A stretch of DNA of 64,000 nucleotides from Polyangiales bacterium (GTDB lineage: Bacteria > Myxococcota_A > Polyangia > Polyangiales > Ga0077539). The notes under the pieces were generated by a model, which saw only the letters and a program-made list of their open reading frames with translations, made no database searches and had not been told where the DNA came from. Within the stretch, counting starts at the first letter, position 1. Each line of letters begins with the position of its first letter. Shown one piece after another: positions 38,646 to 47,770 of this stretch. The stretch is from positions 128,001-192,000 of the forward strand of contig JBGARZ010000008.1 of NCBI GenBank assembly GCA_044229975.1. Direction: 5' to 3'. The position numbers were made by a program, and so were the translations under genes.

Positions 38646-39137
38646 ATGATCGACACGACACTGTTCGACACCTCGGGTCGCGTCACCGACGCCATCGACA
38701 AGACCGTCGAGGTCACGGCGACGCCGCGCGCCGTCTTCGACGCGTGGACCTCATCGGAGGGACTACGTGCCTGGCTGGGCATCGACTCGCGCATCGACCT
38801 GCGCATCGGCGGCTCCTACGAGTGGATCTTCCTGGAGGACGCCGCCCCAGGAGGTCAGGGCTCCGAAGGGTGTCAGGTCCTGGCGTACGTCCCCGACGAG
38901 ATGCTCGCCTTCTCGTGGAACGCCCCGCCCGACATCCCCTTCGCCCGCACGCGCCGCGCGTGGTGCGTGCTCACGCTGACCCCCACCGCGACGGGGACGC
39001 GCGTGCGATTGCAGCACCTGGGCTTCGGCAGCGACGGTGACTGGCCCGCCGTGCGCCCGTACTTCGACCGCGCCTGGGGCCGGGTGCTCGATCGCCTCGC
39101 CGCGCACTTCGGCGCGACCTCCGACCACTCCACCTGA
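38646..39137 (+). CDS. SRPBCC/AHSA1-like domain protein
   Basis: ATP..VFDAWT..EGL..W, DLRIGG.Y, GTRVRL.H.GF, W..VL..L. Confidence 0.88.
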   Translation: MIDTTLFDTSGRVTDAIDKTVEVTATPRAVFDAWTSSEGLRAWLGIDSRIDLRIGGSYEWIFLEDAAPGGQGSEGCQVLAYVPDEMLAFSWNAPPDIPFARTRRAWCVLTLTPTATGTRVRLQHLGFGSDGDWPAVRPYFDRAWGRVLDRLAAHFGATSDHST

Positions 39138-39200
39138 AGGCGCAAGCAGAAGACCAGATCACCCGCCCACGACGTCGGGTCCATCCGTTGGACCGAATGG

Positions 39201-39905
39201 TCAGCGCCGCATCATCGGGCGGCCCATGCGCGTGTGCGCTTGCGGCGGCGGCGCCGAGGGCGGCTCCGGCGCGGCCATGTCGCCCATCATCGGCTCGCCC
39301 TGCATCACCTGCGGCTCCACGGGCGGCGCGTTGACCACCGTCGGCATCGCCACCGCCCCGCCCTGCACCATGTTCACCGACGGCGGCACGGGCTGCGGCG
39401 CGCCCATCCGCGAGAACATCATCGCCGCTGCCCCCGCGGCCAGCGCCGTGACCGCGCCCGCTGCGGCCACGAGCTGCACGCGCTTGCGGCGCACGCCCAC
39501 CGAGCAGTCCGCCGTCAGGATCGTCCCGTCCGCGCGGCGGTAGTAGCGCACGCAGAGCTTGCCCTCCTTCTCGCGCACCAGCGCCTCGGCGGCCTCGCGG
39601 GTCATCGCCGAGAGGTTGTAGACGTTCTTGTTGCAGCTCGCGCAGTGGCGTGACTGCTCGTCGCCCGTCATCGCGTCCCAGCGCTCGTGGCAGGGCGACG
39701 CCACCCGGATGTTGTCGAGCATCGGCAGGTGCCGTGGCGCCCTCGCGTGCAGCTCCCTCCGCAGCGTGTCGAGCTCGGTCACCAGGCGAGGCTCCTCCCG
39801 GGTGGTCTCCACCAGGCGGGCGCGCTCGCGCCGTACGCCGCTGAGCTCCCCTTCGAGCTGCCGAACCTGTGCCTCAAGCGCCTCGACGTCGTTGCGGTAG
39901 CTCAT
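39201..39905 (-). CDS. Hypothetical membrane protein: coiled coil, Cys-cluster domain, TM
   Basis: IRVASPC.E.W..M.GD...RHC..C.KNVYNLS.MT...LC.R...DC, then a hydrophobic helix. Confidence 0.8.
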   Translation of the reverse strand: MSYRNDVEALEAQVRQLEGELSGVRRERARLVETTREEPRLVTELDTLRRELHARAPRHLPMLDNIRVASPCHERWDAMTGDEQSRHCASCNKNVYNLSAMTREAAEALVREKEGKLCVRYYRRADGTILTADCSVGVRRKRVQLVAAAGAVTALAAGAAAMMFSRMGAPQPVPPSVNMVQGGAVAMPTVVNAPPVEPQVMQGEPMMGDMAAPEPPSAPPPQAHTRMGRPMMRR

Positions 39906-39960
39906 GGTTCGGGTCGGACGTCCCAACCCGCGAAGGGTTTTGCACCCGGCTGAGATTTCT

Positions 39961-40857
39961 TCAGCCCAACCCCGCCGCCGCCCGCGCCCAGTCCGCCGCC
40001 CGCGCGCCGTCCACCGCCGCGCCCTCCGTCGGCCACTCCGTTCCCGCGGCCAGCGCCGCGGCCAGCGCCTCAAGCCACGGCGTCGCCACCAGCGCGTCGC
40101 CGCCCAGCCAGAGTCCGCCGCCCGCTACGCGCCCCGCCTCCACGCGCCCGATCGGCACTTCGACGCCGACCACTTCCCGCGGCCCCTCCGTCGCCACCCA
40201 CGCCTCTCCCGCGGGCTCGTCCGCCATCTCTACCGCGCCCGCGCGCTCGGCCACCGCCGCCATCAGCGCGCCCAGCACCACCGTCGCGTCGCGCCCCTCG
40301 CCCACCGCCACGGGCGTCTTCCCCCGCCAGCGATCGATGCCCCGCTCGGCCTCCGTCGCCATCTCCGCTGGCAACCCGATCGCTTCGTCCCAGCCGACGA
40401 TCATCTCCATCAACAGCGCGCCCGATGGCGACAGCTCGTAGCCCAGCATCGCCGCGGGCCGATGTTTCACCGCCACCCATTCGCGCCCGAAGTACGCCGC
40501 TGCGATGCCCGATCGGGTCATCCCCCGCAGCCACGGCCGCACGTTGCGGTTGAGCAGCGTCCCGAGCGTCGTGTCGGCATACAGCGCGTCGATGGTCGGC
40601 AGCGCCACCGCACACCACAGCGCGCGCCCCCCCATCCACGCCGCCGTCCCGGTCGTTCGCCTCCGAACCACCTGGGCCGACGACGTCACCGCCTCGCGTC
40701 GCTGCCTCGCGCCGAGCACCACCACGGGCCCCTCGACCACCGACCCCGCGGACCACGCCTCACCCGCGTCCGCTCGTTGGAGCATCGCGTGCGAGAGGGC
40801 TGCTGCGTCAGTGGGAGTTCGTGCGGCGAGGGGCGCTTGTCGGAGCGGGCGCTCCAC
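39961..40857 (-). CDS. Divergent lipoate/biotin-protein ligase-like protein (start uncertain)
   Basis: VVVLGARQ...VVRRRTTGTAAW resembles the LplA RRxxGGG region. Confidence 0.6.
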   Translation of the reverse strand: MERPLRQAPLAARTPTDAAALSHAMLQRADAGEAWSAGSVVEGPVVVLGARQRREAVTSSAQVVRRRTTGTAAWMGGRALWCAVALPTIDALYADTTLGTLLNRNVRPWLRGMTRSGIAAAYFGREWVAVKHRPAAMLGYELSPSGALLMEMIVGWDEAIGLPAEMATEAERGIDRWRGKTPVAVGEGRDATVVLGALMAAVAERAGAVEMADEPAGEAWVATEGPREVVGVEVPIGRVEAGRVAGGGLWLGGDALVATPWLEALAAALAAGTEWPTEGAAVDGARAADWARAAAGLG

Positions 40858-40866
40858 GGCGACGGC

Positions 40867-41661
40867 TCAGCGGGGCGGGCGCTCGTTGTCGGTGCCGAGC
40901 GGCTGCTGCACCACCACGCCCGGACCATCGAGTCGCGGGCCGGGCTCGCGCGGAACCACCGCGTTGGTCGTCACCGGCGCGCCCACCTCGACCTGCTGAA
41001 CCCGTCCGTTGGGCAGGTGCAGCCGCAGGGTGTCCGGCGCCGCGAAGGGGGGGAAGTCCACGTAGAGGAAGTGCAGCCCCTGCGGGCCGACCTCCTGCGA
41101 GGTGCGGTGATCGACCTCGGCGCGGACATCGAGCACGAGGTCGATACCGCCGCGCACCTGACGGAGCCACGCGCGGTTGACCGGCGTACCAAAGGCTTCG
41201 GTGATGAGGGGACGGCGGTTGTTGGAGAGCGCGATGCGCCCGCCCGCGATGTGCACCACGCGCTGGAGGGCGGTGCGCGACTCGGTCACCACCGCAGGCT
41301 GCGTGAGCGCCACGAACACCCGGCTGCCGCCCGGCTGCATCTGGAAGCCCGGCCACGCCGCCACCGGGACCCGCGTGCGACCCAGGCGCGCCATGCGGCG
41401 GAAGCCCGGCGCGATCGATCGCAGACCCGGCGTCACGCCGCCGTACTCCTCGGGGCGATGCACGTCGCGGCCGTCGATGAAGCGCCGCGTGCCCATCGAG
41501 CGCGCCCGCGGCTCGTCCCCCGCCTGCGGAACCACCCCGATGGAGTTGCCGTTGGGCGTCGCCCCCACGACGGTGTACCCGCCCTGCTGTTGTGCCTGCG
41601 CCGCCGTCGCACCCAGCGCGACCACACCCACCGCCAGCAGCCGCCGCACCCACGCTTGCAT
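40867..41661 (-). CDS. Secreted AMIN-like domain protein
   Basis: Signal peptide AAQA; SRVFV.L...DLVLDVR...LYVDF beta-rich pattern. Confidence 0.65.
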   Translation of the reverse strand: MQAWVRRLLAVGVVALGATAAQAQQQGGYTVVGATPNGNSIGVVPQAGDEPRARSMGTRRFIDGRDVHRPEEYGGVTPGLRSIAPGFRRMARLGRTRVPVAAWPGFQMQPGGSRVFVALTQPAVVTESRTALQRVVHIAGGRIALSNNRRPLITEAFGTPVNRAWLRQVRGGIDLVLDVRAEVDHRTSQEVGPQGLHFLYVDFPPFAAPDTLRLHLPNGRVQQVEVGAPVTTNAVVPREPGPRLDGPGVVVQQPLGTDNERPPR

Positions 41662-41772
41662 CGAGTATCTCATCGCGGCCGCGATTCCATCACGCCCTCA
41701 CCCCCCGCGGCAACTTCGCGTCACCTCACTCGCCCACAGCGTCCTCGCCTATCATCCGCGGTCGATCATCCC

Positions 41773-43197
41773 GTGAACCCCTTCGCGAGCGTCACCTTCG
41801 CGTGGCTGACCGTCTGCGTCTTCCTGCTCGCGATGTTCGCGTTCATGGGGCTCTTCCGCCGCGTGCCGGGCGACGCGCCCCGCTTCGGCGCGCTGCTGCT
41901 GCTCGCCAGCCTCTATGACCTCGCGTCGGTGCTCCGCTACGGCCACCGCCCGATCAGCTCCATCCCCTGGGAGCACCTCCGCGTCGCCTCGGGCCTCGCC
42001 ATCATGCCCGTCGCCCTCGACCTCGCGATGCGCTTCGCCCACGTCGCCGAGCGCCCGCGCCAATGGCTCAAGCTGGCCTACGCCTGGTTCGCCGTCATCT
42101 GCCTGCTCAACCTCTTCGGCGTCGTCGTGGTCAACGACGCCCACGTCCAGCGCGCCGTGCTCGGGCCCTTCACCATCGACTACCGCGAGGCCGTCATCTC
42201 CCACGCCGGGCACGCGATGATGTTTCCCGCGGTGCTCATCGCCCTCGTCGCCACCGTCTTCTATTACGTCCGCGCGGCGCGGGCCCACGGCGGCTGGGGC
42301 TGGGCCGTCGCCGTCACCTTCCTCCTCGTCGCGTGCGCCGTCGTCCACGACGCCACCACCAGCATCACCCACCTCCCGTCGCCCTTCCTCGCCGAACACT
42401 TCATGTTCATCCACCTCGGGGCGCTGTCCTTCGCCTTCACGGCGCGCCTCTCCGAGGAGTCCGCCCGCCGCGACGACGAGCTCGCCCGCGTGCGCGGCGC
42501 CCTCCAGGAACGCGAGGCCCTCGCCGCCATCGGCGAGCTCGCCGCCATCGTCGCCCACGAGGTGCGCAACCCCATCACGGTCATCAACAACTCCGTCGCC
42601 TCGCTCCGTAAAGCGGAGCTCCCCAGGCGCGAGCGCGACCTCCTCCTCAGCATCCTCGAAGAGGAGTCCGAGCGCATCAGCCGCATCGTCACCGACCTGC
42701 TCACCCTCGCCCGACCGCTCCACCCGCAGCCCTTCGAGACCCTGCCCAAGGAGCTCATCCTCCGCTGCCTCGGCCCCGCCGAGCGCGCCGGAACCGAGGT
42801 CGACCTGCGCACGAGCCCCGACGCCGAGACGCCCATCCAGTGCGACGCCCACCTCCTGCGCCACGCCCTGGAGAACGTCATCGAAAACGCCGTTCAGGCC
42901 ATGGGCACCGGCGGATCGCTCACCATCACCCTCACCCGCAAGACCCGCCACGCCATCGAGGGCCGCGAGATCGCCGTCATCGACACCGGCGAAGGCATGA
43001 ACACCGAGGTCCGCAACAGCGCGCGCAAGGCATTCTTCACGACGCGCACCACGGGCACCGGGCTCGGCCTCGCCATCGTCGACCGCATCCTCACCGCCCA
43101 CAAAGGCGCCGTCGACATCGAGAGCAGCCGCGGCGAAGGCACCACCGTCCGACTCTTCGTCCCGGAGCCACCGACGCCCCCAAAGCCCCCCGCATGA
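41773..43197 (+). CDS. Membrane sensor histidine kinase with multi-TM N-terminus
   Basis: About 7 hydrophobic segments; AHEVRNP; NVIENAVQA; DTGEG; GTGLGL. Confidence 0.92.
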   Translation: MNPFASVTFAWLTVCVFLLAMFAFMGLFRRVPGDAPRFGALLLLASLYDLASVLRYGHRPISSIPWEHLRVASGLAIMPVALDLAMRFAHVAERPRQWLKLAYAWFAVICLLNLFGVVVVNDAHVQRAVLGPFTIDYREAVISHAGHAMMFPAVLIALVATVFYYVRAARAHGGWGWAVAVTFLLVACAVVHDATTSITHLPSPFLAEHFMFIHLGALSFAFTARLSEESARRDDELARVRGALQEREALAAIGELAAIVAHEVRNPITVINNSVASLRKAELPRRERDLLLSILEEESERISRIVTDLLTLARPLHPQPFETLPKELILRCLGPAERAGTEVDLRTSPDAETPIQCDAHLLRHALENVIENAVQAMGTGGSLTITLTRKTRHAIEGREIAVIDTGEGMNTEVRNSARKAFFTTRTTGTGLGLAIVDRILTAHKGAVDIESSRGEGTTVRLFVPEPPTPPKPPA

Positions 43198-43270
43198 ACG
43201 CCCCGCCCGGGCGGTGCACCTCTCTCCCTACCCAGCAACGAGAGCACCGCACCGACGACGGAGGTCACCC

Positions 43271-43984
43271 ATGCAAAGCCGTACGCCCGCGTTCATCCTC
43301 GCCACCGCGCTGATGGGCGCCCCCGGACTCGCGGCGGCCGACCCTCCCGTACACCTCCAGACCACCGTCGGCACCGACGCCCCGCTCGCCGTCAACGTCC
43401 GCGCCGACCTCGAACTCCCCGGCCGACTGCGCCTCATGGCCTCCGCCGGCATCACGCCCGACCTCTACCTCTCCGCCTTCAACGGCATCGTCAGCGCCTC
43501 CGCGGGCGGTCAGTCCGACGCGGGCCTCTCCGGCATCCGCCTCACCCGCGGAACCTCCTGGCGCATCCACGCCGGCTGGCGCCCCGCCCCCAACGCGGGC
43601 CTGCTCCTCATGGGCGGCTACGGCCGCGTCGACCTCTCTGGCGAGGTCAGCGCCCGCGAGCTCATCACCTCCGTCACCGGCCTCACGCCCCCCACCAACG
43701 TCCCCGAAGCGACCGGGATGTACGACGTCACCTCGACCCTGCACACGCTCAACGCCGAGATCGGGTGGGAGTTCTTGTTCTTCGGCGACCACCTCGCGCT
43801 GATGACCGCCGTCGGCCTCATGGGAACCATCGACTCCCGCACCACCATCACGCCCCGCTTCAGCTCCACCACGCCGGGCGCCGCCGACGCGCGCCGCTCC
43901 GCCCAGGACTCCATCGACCAGGTGCTGCGGTCGTACGCCTTCGTACCAACCCTCTCACTCTCCCTCGGCTACCGCTTCTTCTGA
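43271..43984 (+). CDS. Putative outer-membrane beta-barrel protein
   Basis: GGAGG RBS; signal peptide; C-terminal LSLGYRFF. Confidence 0.75.
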   Translation: MQSRTPAFILATALMGAPGLAAADPPVHLQTTVGTDAPLAVNVRADLELPGRLRLMASAGITPDLYLSAFNGIVSASAGGQSDAGLSGIRLTRGTSWRIHAGWRPAPNAGLLLMGGYGRVDLSGEVSARELITSVTGLTPPTNVPEATGMYDVTSTLHTLNAEIGWEFLFFGDHLALMTAVGLMGTIDSRTTITPRFSSTTPGAADARRSAQDSIDQVLRSYAFVPTLSLSLGYRFF

Positions 43985-44689
43985 TCGTCGATCGTGGCGG
44001 TGGTGCCGCGGGTGGTGTCGCCGCCCTTCGTGATGTCCGTGCCCCTGGTGATGGTGACCGTGTCGATGCGGCCGACTCTCTCCGCCCGCCGCGGGTGACG
44101 ACCCGTCGACGACCTCGGCCCGCCACACCGGCCGCAGCTCCCACAGCGACGCCACCACCGCCGCGCGGTGCCCGCACCCGCGCCCCGCGTTGCGCTCGCA
44201 CCAGTGCGCGCCGTTCCAGAAGAGGTACCCCGTGAGCCGCACGTGCACCGGCTCGCGCAGCTCCACCTGCCCGCGCCCCGCGGCCAGCAGCCTCGCCCGC
44301 GCCTCGTCGTAGGCCGCGCCCGACGGAACGCGCACCACCACCCGCGGCGAGTCGCTCCCGGCGCGCACGGCCGTCACTTCGAGCTGAAGCTCGCAGCCGT
44401 CGTCGCCGACCTTCACCCGCCACACGTCGCCCTCCAGCGTCGCGACGGCGCCTTCCCGCTCGTCGATGGGCTCGTCGCGCTCCCGCACGCTGCCGTGCTC
44501 GACCCGCGCGGGCGGCGACCACGCCATCAGCGTCGCCACGGAGAGGTTCGGCACCGTCACCGCCGCAGGCGCCCGCCGCGTCATTGCCGCGCGGTACCCG
44601 GCCGCAACGCGCGACGGCGAACACACCTGCGCGCTCGCGGTCGATGCGGCCAGCAGCGCGGCCAGCGCGACCCCTACGCCGGGCCGCAC
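43955..44689 (-). CDS. Secreted hypothetical protein (OB-fold-like) with His-rich tail
   Basis: Signal peptide ...ASTASA; V.LTGYLFW...H...WELRPV; His-rich C-terminus; start inferred. Confidence 0.65.
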   Translation of the reverse strand: MRPGVGVALAALLAASTASAQVCSPSRVAAGYRAAMTRRAPAAVTVPNLSVATLMAWSPPARVEHGSVRERDEPIDEREGAVATLEGDVWRVKVGDDGCELQLEVTAVRAGSDSPRVVVRVPSGAAYDEARARLLAAGRGQVELREPVHVRLTGYLFWNGAHWCERNAGRGCGHRAAVVASLWELRPVWRAEVVDGSSPAAGGESRPHRHGHHHQGHGHHEGRRHHPRHHRHDRRSEEAVAEGE

Positions 44690-46749
44690 GAGACCGTCGT
44701 CTCCACCACGTTGTCGCCCTCGTCGCACTCGCGCGCCGCGCCCCCGTCGTCGACGCGGATGTAGATACGCGTGTCCCGCTGCGGCGCCTCGATCTCCACG
44801 CACACCCGCTCGCTCTGCATCGGCCCGAGCACCCGCATCGTCGACTCCGTCCCGAGCCGACGCGCGCCCATCGCCGTCGGCATCTGGTCGTACACGCCGA
44901 CGCTCACGGCGCCCACCATCGCATCGCCCTCGTTGCGAACCGTCACGCACACCGTCGCCACGCGCCCGCTGCACGTCGGCGCCTCGGGCGCGCCAGCGAG
45001 GTCGGGCGCCAGCAGCTCGCGGTCGCGCGATCGGTTGAGGCGGAAGGTGTTGTGCGTGCGCCAGGAGGGCTCCTCGCGCCGGGGGATGCTCCCGTCGTCG
45101 TTGATGTTGTCGATGTGGTAGCCGTGCTCGTTCCAGAGGGGGCGGGCGGACACCCACGAGCCGTCGCCCGAGGTCCAGATCTCCAACCCCGGGATGCGCT
45201 GCGTGGCCGTCTGCGCCGCCGGGATGGTGTTGCCCGCGAAGGCCGCGCACTGGTTGGCCCCAAAGACGATGTCCGCCTGACCGTCCCCATCGGCGTCCGC
45301 CACGATGGCCTGCTCGGTGCGCGTCTGGCTGGGGTTCCAGTCTTCAAAGACGACGCGACCGGTGCGGCCGTCGAGCACCATGAAGCGCTCCTCGTCGTTG
45401 TAGACGACCTCGCTCGCCCCATCGCCGTTGAAGTCGAACACCGTGCTCGACGTGACGTTGCTCGACGTGTCCTCCGTGACCGTCGCCCACCGCACGCCCA
45501 CCGCCAGGCACCCCGCGCCCGCCGCGCGACAGTCCGGGTCGAAGAGCGTGTACCGATCGCCGCCCGCGACGCCCACCTCGGCGTGTCCGTCGCCGTCGAA
45601 GTCCGCCACCGTCGGCGCACCGCCCAACGCCATCGCCCCCTGCAAGCGCTCGCTCCACCGCGATGCGCCCGTGCGACCGTCGTAGAGGGTGAGCGTTCCG
45701 CCCTGCATGACGGCGACCTCGGGCTGGCCGTCGGTTCCGCCTGCGCCGGATGCGTCGAGGAGGTCGCCCACGGCGGCGAAGCCCTCGCCGTTGCCCATGC
45801 GGAAGCGCTGAACCCCGCGCGCGTCATACACCGTCGCCCCGGTGATGACCTCCAGGCTGCCGTCACCGTCGAGGTCGATCACGACGCTGAGCGGTCCCTG
45901 TCCGTTGGCGCCGCGCGTGGCAGCCTGCCAGCGAGTGGCGCCCGTTCGGCCGTTGACCACGGCGCCGCCAGCGATGACCTCGGGGGTTCCATCGCCGTCG
46001 AGGTCGGCGATGTTGACGGAGGGATTGGCGCCGTTGGCTCCCATGAGCATCGCCGACGATTGCCAGTAGAGGCGGCCGTTGCTGCGGAAGGCAGCGAGCC
46101 CGAGGCCCGCGGTGACGGCGACGACTTCGAGGCCGTTGGTGAGGTCGCCATCGAGATCACCGACGGCGGGGTGGCCATCCCAGCGCAGGCCGAAGTCGGC
46201 GGTCTCGGTGTTGGGTGCGCCGACGCCGTTTTGCGACCAGAGCAGGCGGTGGGGCGCGCGGCCGGAGATGACCCGCAGCACCGAGCGCGGATAGCCCGAC
46301 TCGCACGAGAAGGTCATGAAGGCGACCTCGGGGACGGCAGCGGTTCCGGCGGGTTCGCGGACGATGTCGGCGACGACCGGGGTGGAGCACACCTGGTCGG
46401 CGCCCGCGAAGGCCATCCCCGCGGTGGCGCGCCAGTGGAGCCGGAGCGCGGGGCTGCGAAAGGGCTCGGCCGAGGGTGTGACCGTGCAGCGACGAGGACC
46501 AGCGTCGACCGCGGGCGCATCGGCGGGTGCGGTGGTGACGTCGGCGGTGGGCACGTCGGTGGTGGGCACGTCGGTGGCATCGAGGCGGGCGTCGAGGCGG
46601 GCGAGGTCGTTGGTGGACGGACGATCGGTGGCGGAGGGGCGGGCGTCGAGGCGGCCGGCGTCGAGGGGGACGATGCCTTCATCGGGCGCGCAGCCGAGCG
46701 CGACGGCGGTCAGGGCGACGGCACGGAGCGAAAGGGCGCGAGAGGACAT
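44674..46749 (-). CDS. FG-GAP repeat lipoprotein with C-terminal CARDB-like domain
   Basis: ALGC lipobox; many D.DGDG..EV repeats; V.VRNEG...VDD...ECDEGDN. Confidence 0.88.
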   Translation of the reverse strand: MSSRALSLRAVALTAVALGCAPDEGIVPLDAGRLDARPSATDRPSTNDLARLDARLDATDVPTTDVPTADVTTAPADAPAVDAGPRRCTVTPSAEPFRSPALRLHWRATAGMAFAGADQVCSTPVVADIVREPAGTAAVPEVAFMTFSCESGYPRSVLRVISGRAPHRLLWSQNGVGAPNTETADFGLRWDGHPAVGDLDGDLTNGLEVVAVTAGLGLAAFRSNGRLYWQSSAMLMGANGANPSVNIADLDGDGTPEVIAGGAVVNGRTGATRWQAATRGANGQGPLSVVIDLDGDGSLEVITGATVYDARGVQRFRMGNGEGFAAVGDLLDASGAGGTDGQPEVAVMQGGTLTLYDGRTGASRWSERLQGAMALGGAPTVADFDGDGHAEVGVAGGDRYTLFDPDCRAAGAGCLAVGVRWATVTEDTSSNVTSSTVFDFNGDGASEVVYNDEERFMVLDGRTGRVVFEDWNPSQTRTEQAIVADADGDGQADIVFGANQCAAFAGNTIPAAQTATQRIPGLEIWTSGDGSWVSARPLWNEHGYHIDNINDDGSIPRREEPSWRTHNTFRLNRSRDRELLAPDLAGAPEAPTCSGRVATVCVTVRNEGDAMVGAVSVGVYDQMPTAMGARRLGTESTMRVLGPMQSERVCVEIEAPQRDTRIYIRVDDGGAARECDEGDNVVETTVSCGPA

Positions 46750-46837
46750 GCGGACGAAGGGATCACACCGGCAGCGGACGTCAACGGGCAACGAGCGCAG
46801 TGCGACCGTGTCCTCTCCACGAGCACCGGGCGATCGC

Positions 46838-47066
46838 TTGGCCCCCTCACCGCGCTGCCGCGCGCCCTCACCCCCGCGGGAGCGGGGGCAAGGGCTCCGA
46901 TGACCGCAACCCCGGCGCGCGTCCGACAGCATCCAGAGCTGGCGATGGTCGTGGGTCGCTCACCGCCCGATCACGTCCCCAACCCGCGCGCGCCTGACAG
47001 TATCCGGAGCCCTTGCCCCCGCTCCCGCGGGGGTGAGGGCGCGCGGCAGCGCGGTGAGGGGGCCAA
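46838..47066. repeat. Perfect 62-bp inverted repeat pair (46838-46899 / 47005-47066) with 105-bp spacer; REPIN-like family B
   Basis: Arms are exact reverse complements; each contains CCCCCGC-GGGA-GCGGGGG or its complement. Confidence 0.9.
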
Positions 47067-47099
47067 CCGCCCTTCACCCCATGCCACCATCGCTCCCCA

Positions 47100-47429
47100 A
47101 TGCTCACGCTCGTCGTCCCAGCGATCGACACCGATACCGATCCCCCGCGGCGCATCGCGGTCGACCGCACCCCGTTCACGCTCGGCGCCCACCCCGACAA
47201 CGACCTCGTGCTGCCCCGCGGCACCGTCGACCGTCACCACGCCCGCATCGAGCTGCACGACGGGCGCCACGTCATCATCGATCACCACACCACCCACGGA
47301 ACCACCCTCAACGGCCGACGTGTCCTCGCCCCGACCGAGCTCCGCCCTGGTGACCAGCTCACCGTCGGTGAGCAACACGACATGACCGTCGAGTTCGCCT
47401 CGCCCGACACTCCGCCAGTCGCTCACTGA
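47100..47429 (+). CDS. Stand-alone degenerate FHA domain protein
   Basis: TLG..PDNDLVL....V.RHHARI...GTTLNG...L.PGD.L.VG. Confidence 0.8.
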   Translation: MLTLVVPAIDTDTDPPRRIAVDRTPFTLGAHPDNDLVLPRGTVDRHHARIELHDGRHVIIDHHTTHGTTLNGRRVLAPTELRPGDQLTVGEQHDMTVEFASPDTPPVAH

Positions 47430-47446
47430 CGGTCCGACCCCTCCCA

Positions 47447-47633
47447 TTTCACTCCCGGAGTGACGTCCGACCGTTCTGAGCCCTCCCGTTTCACTCCCGG
47501 AGTGACCCGCGACCCATTCCGAGCCCTCTCATTTCACTCCCGGAGCGACCGACCGTCTGCTTGAGCAGACCCATTTCACTCCCGGAGTGACGTCCGACCG
47601 TTCCGAGCCCGCCAGGGTCACTCCCGAAGTGAC
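47447..47633. repeat. Five ~42-bp tandem units, each with palindromic core TCACTCC-C-GGAGTGA
   Basis: Unit starts at 47447, 47489, 47532, 47574, 47616. Confidence 0.9.
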
Positions 47634-47770
47634 TCACCCGCTTCGTCATCGTCCGCCTTTCCCGGTTCGGTGCGGCGCTTTGTGGAGCCTCTGCCACCCG
47701 CTGCAATCCCGTCCGATCGTGGTAATCGGGGAGTGCGCCCGCTCGCGACGGTCGTCCATCGAAAGGTTGC

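Noticed and set aside
39904..41772. N-terminal ~620 aa of the 1097-aa ORF
   Set aside because: Overlaps two minus-strand genes; the kinase plausibly starts at GTG 41773. Same logic applies to the upstream extensions of ORFs 24978 and 31043
47447..47633. CRISPR array
   Set aside because: Repeat only ~18 bp, linkers ~24 bp and related to each other (1 and 4 nearly identical), no cas genes in the window
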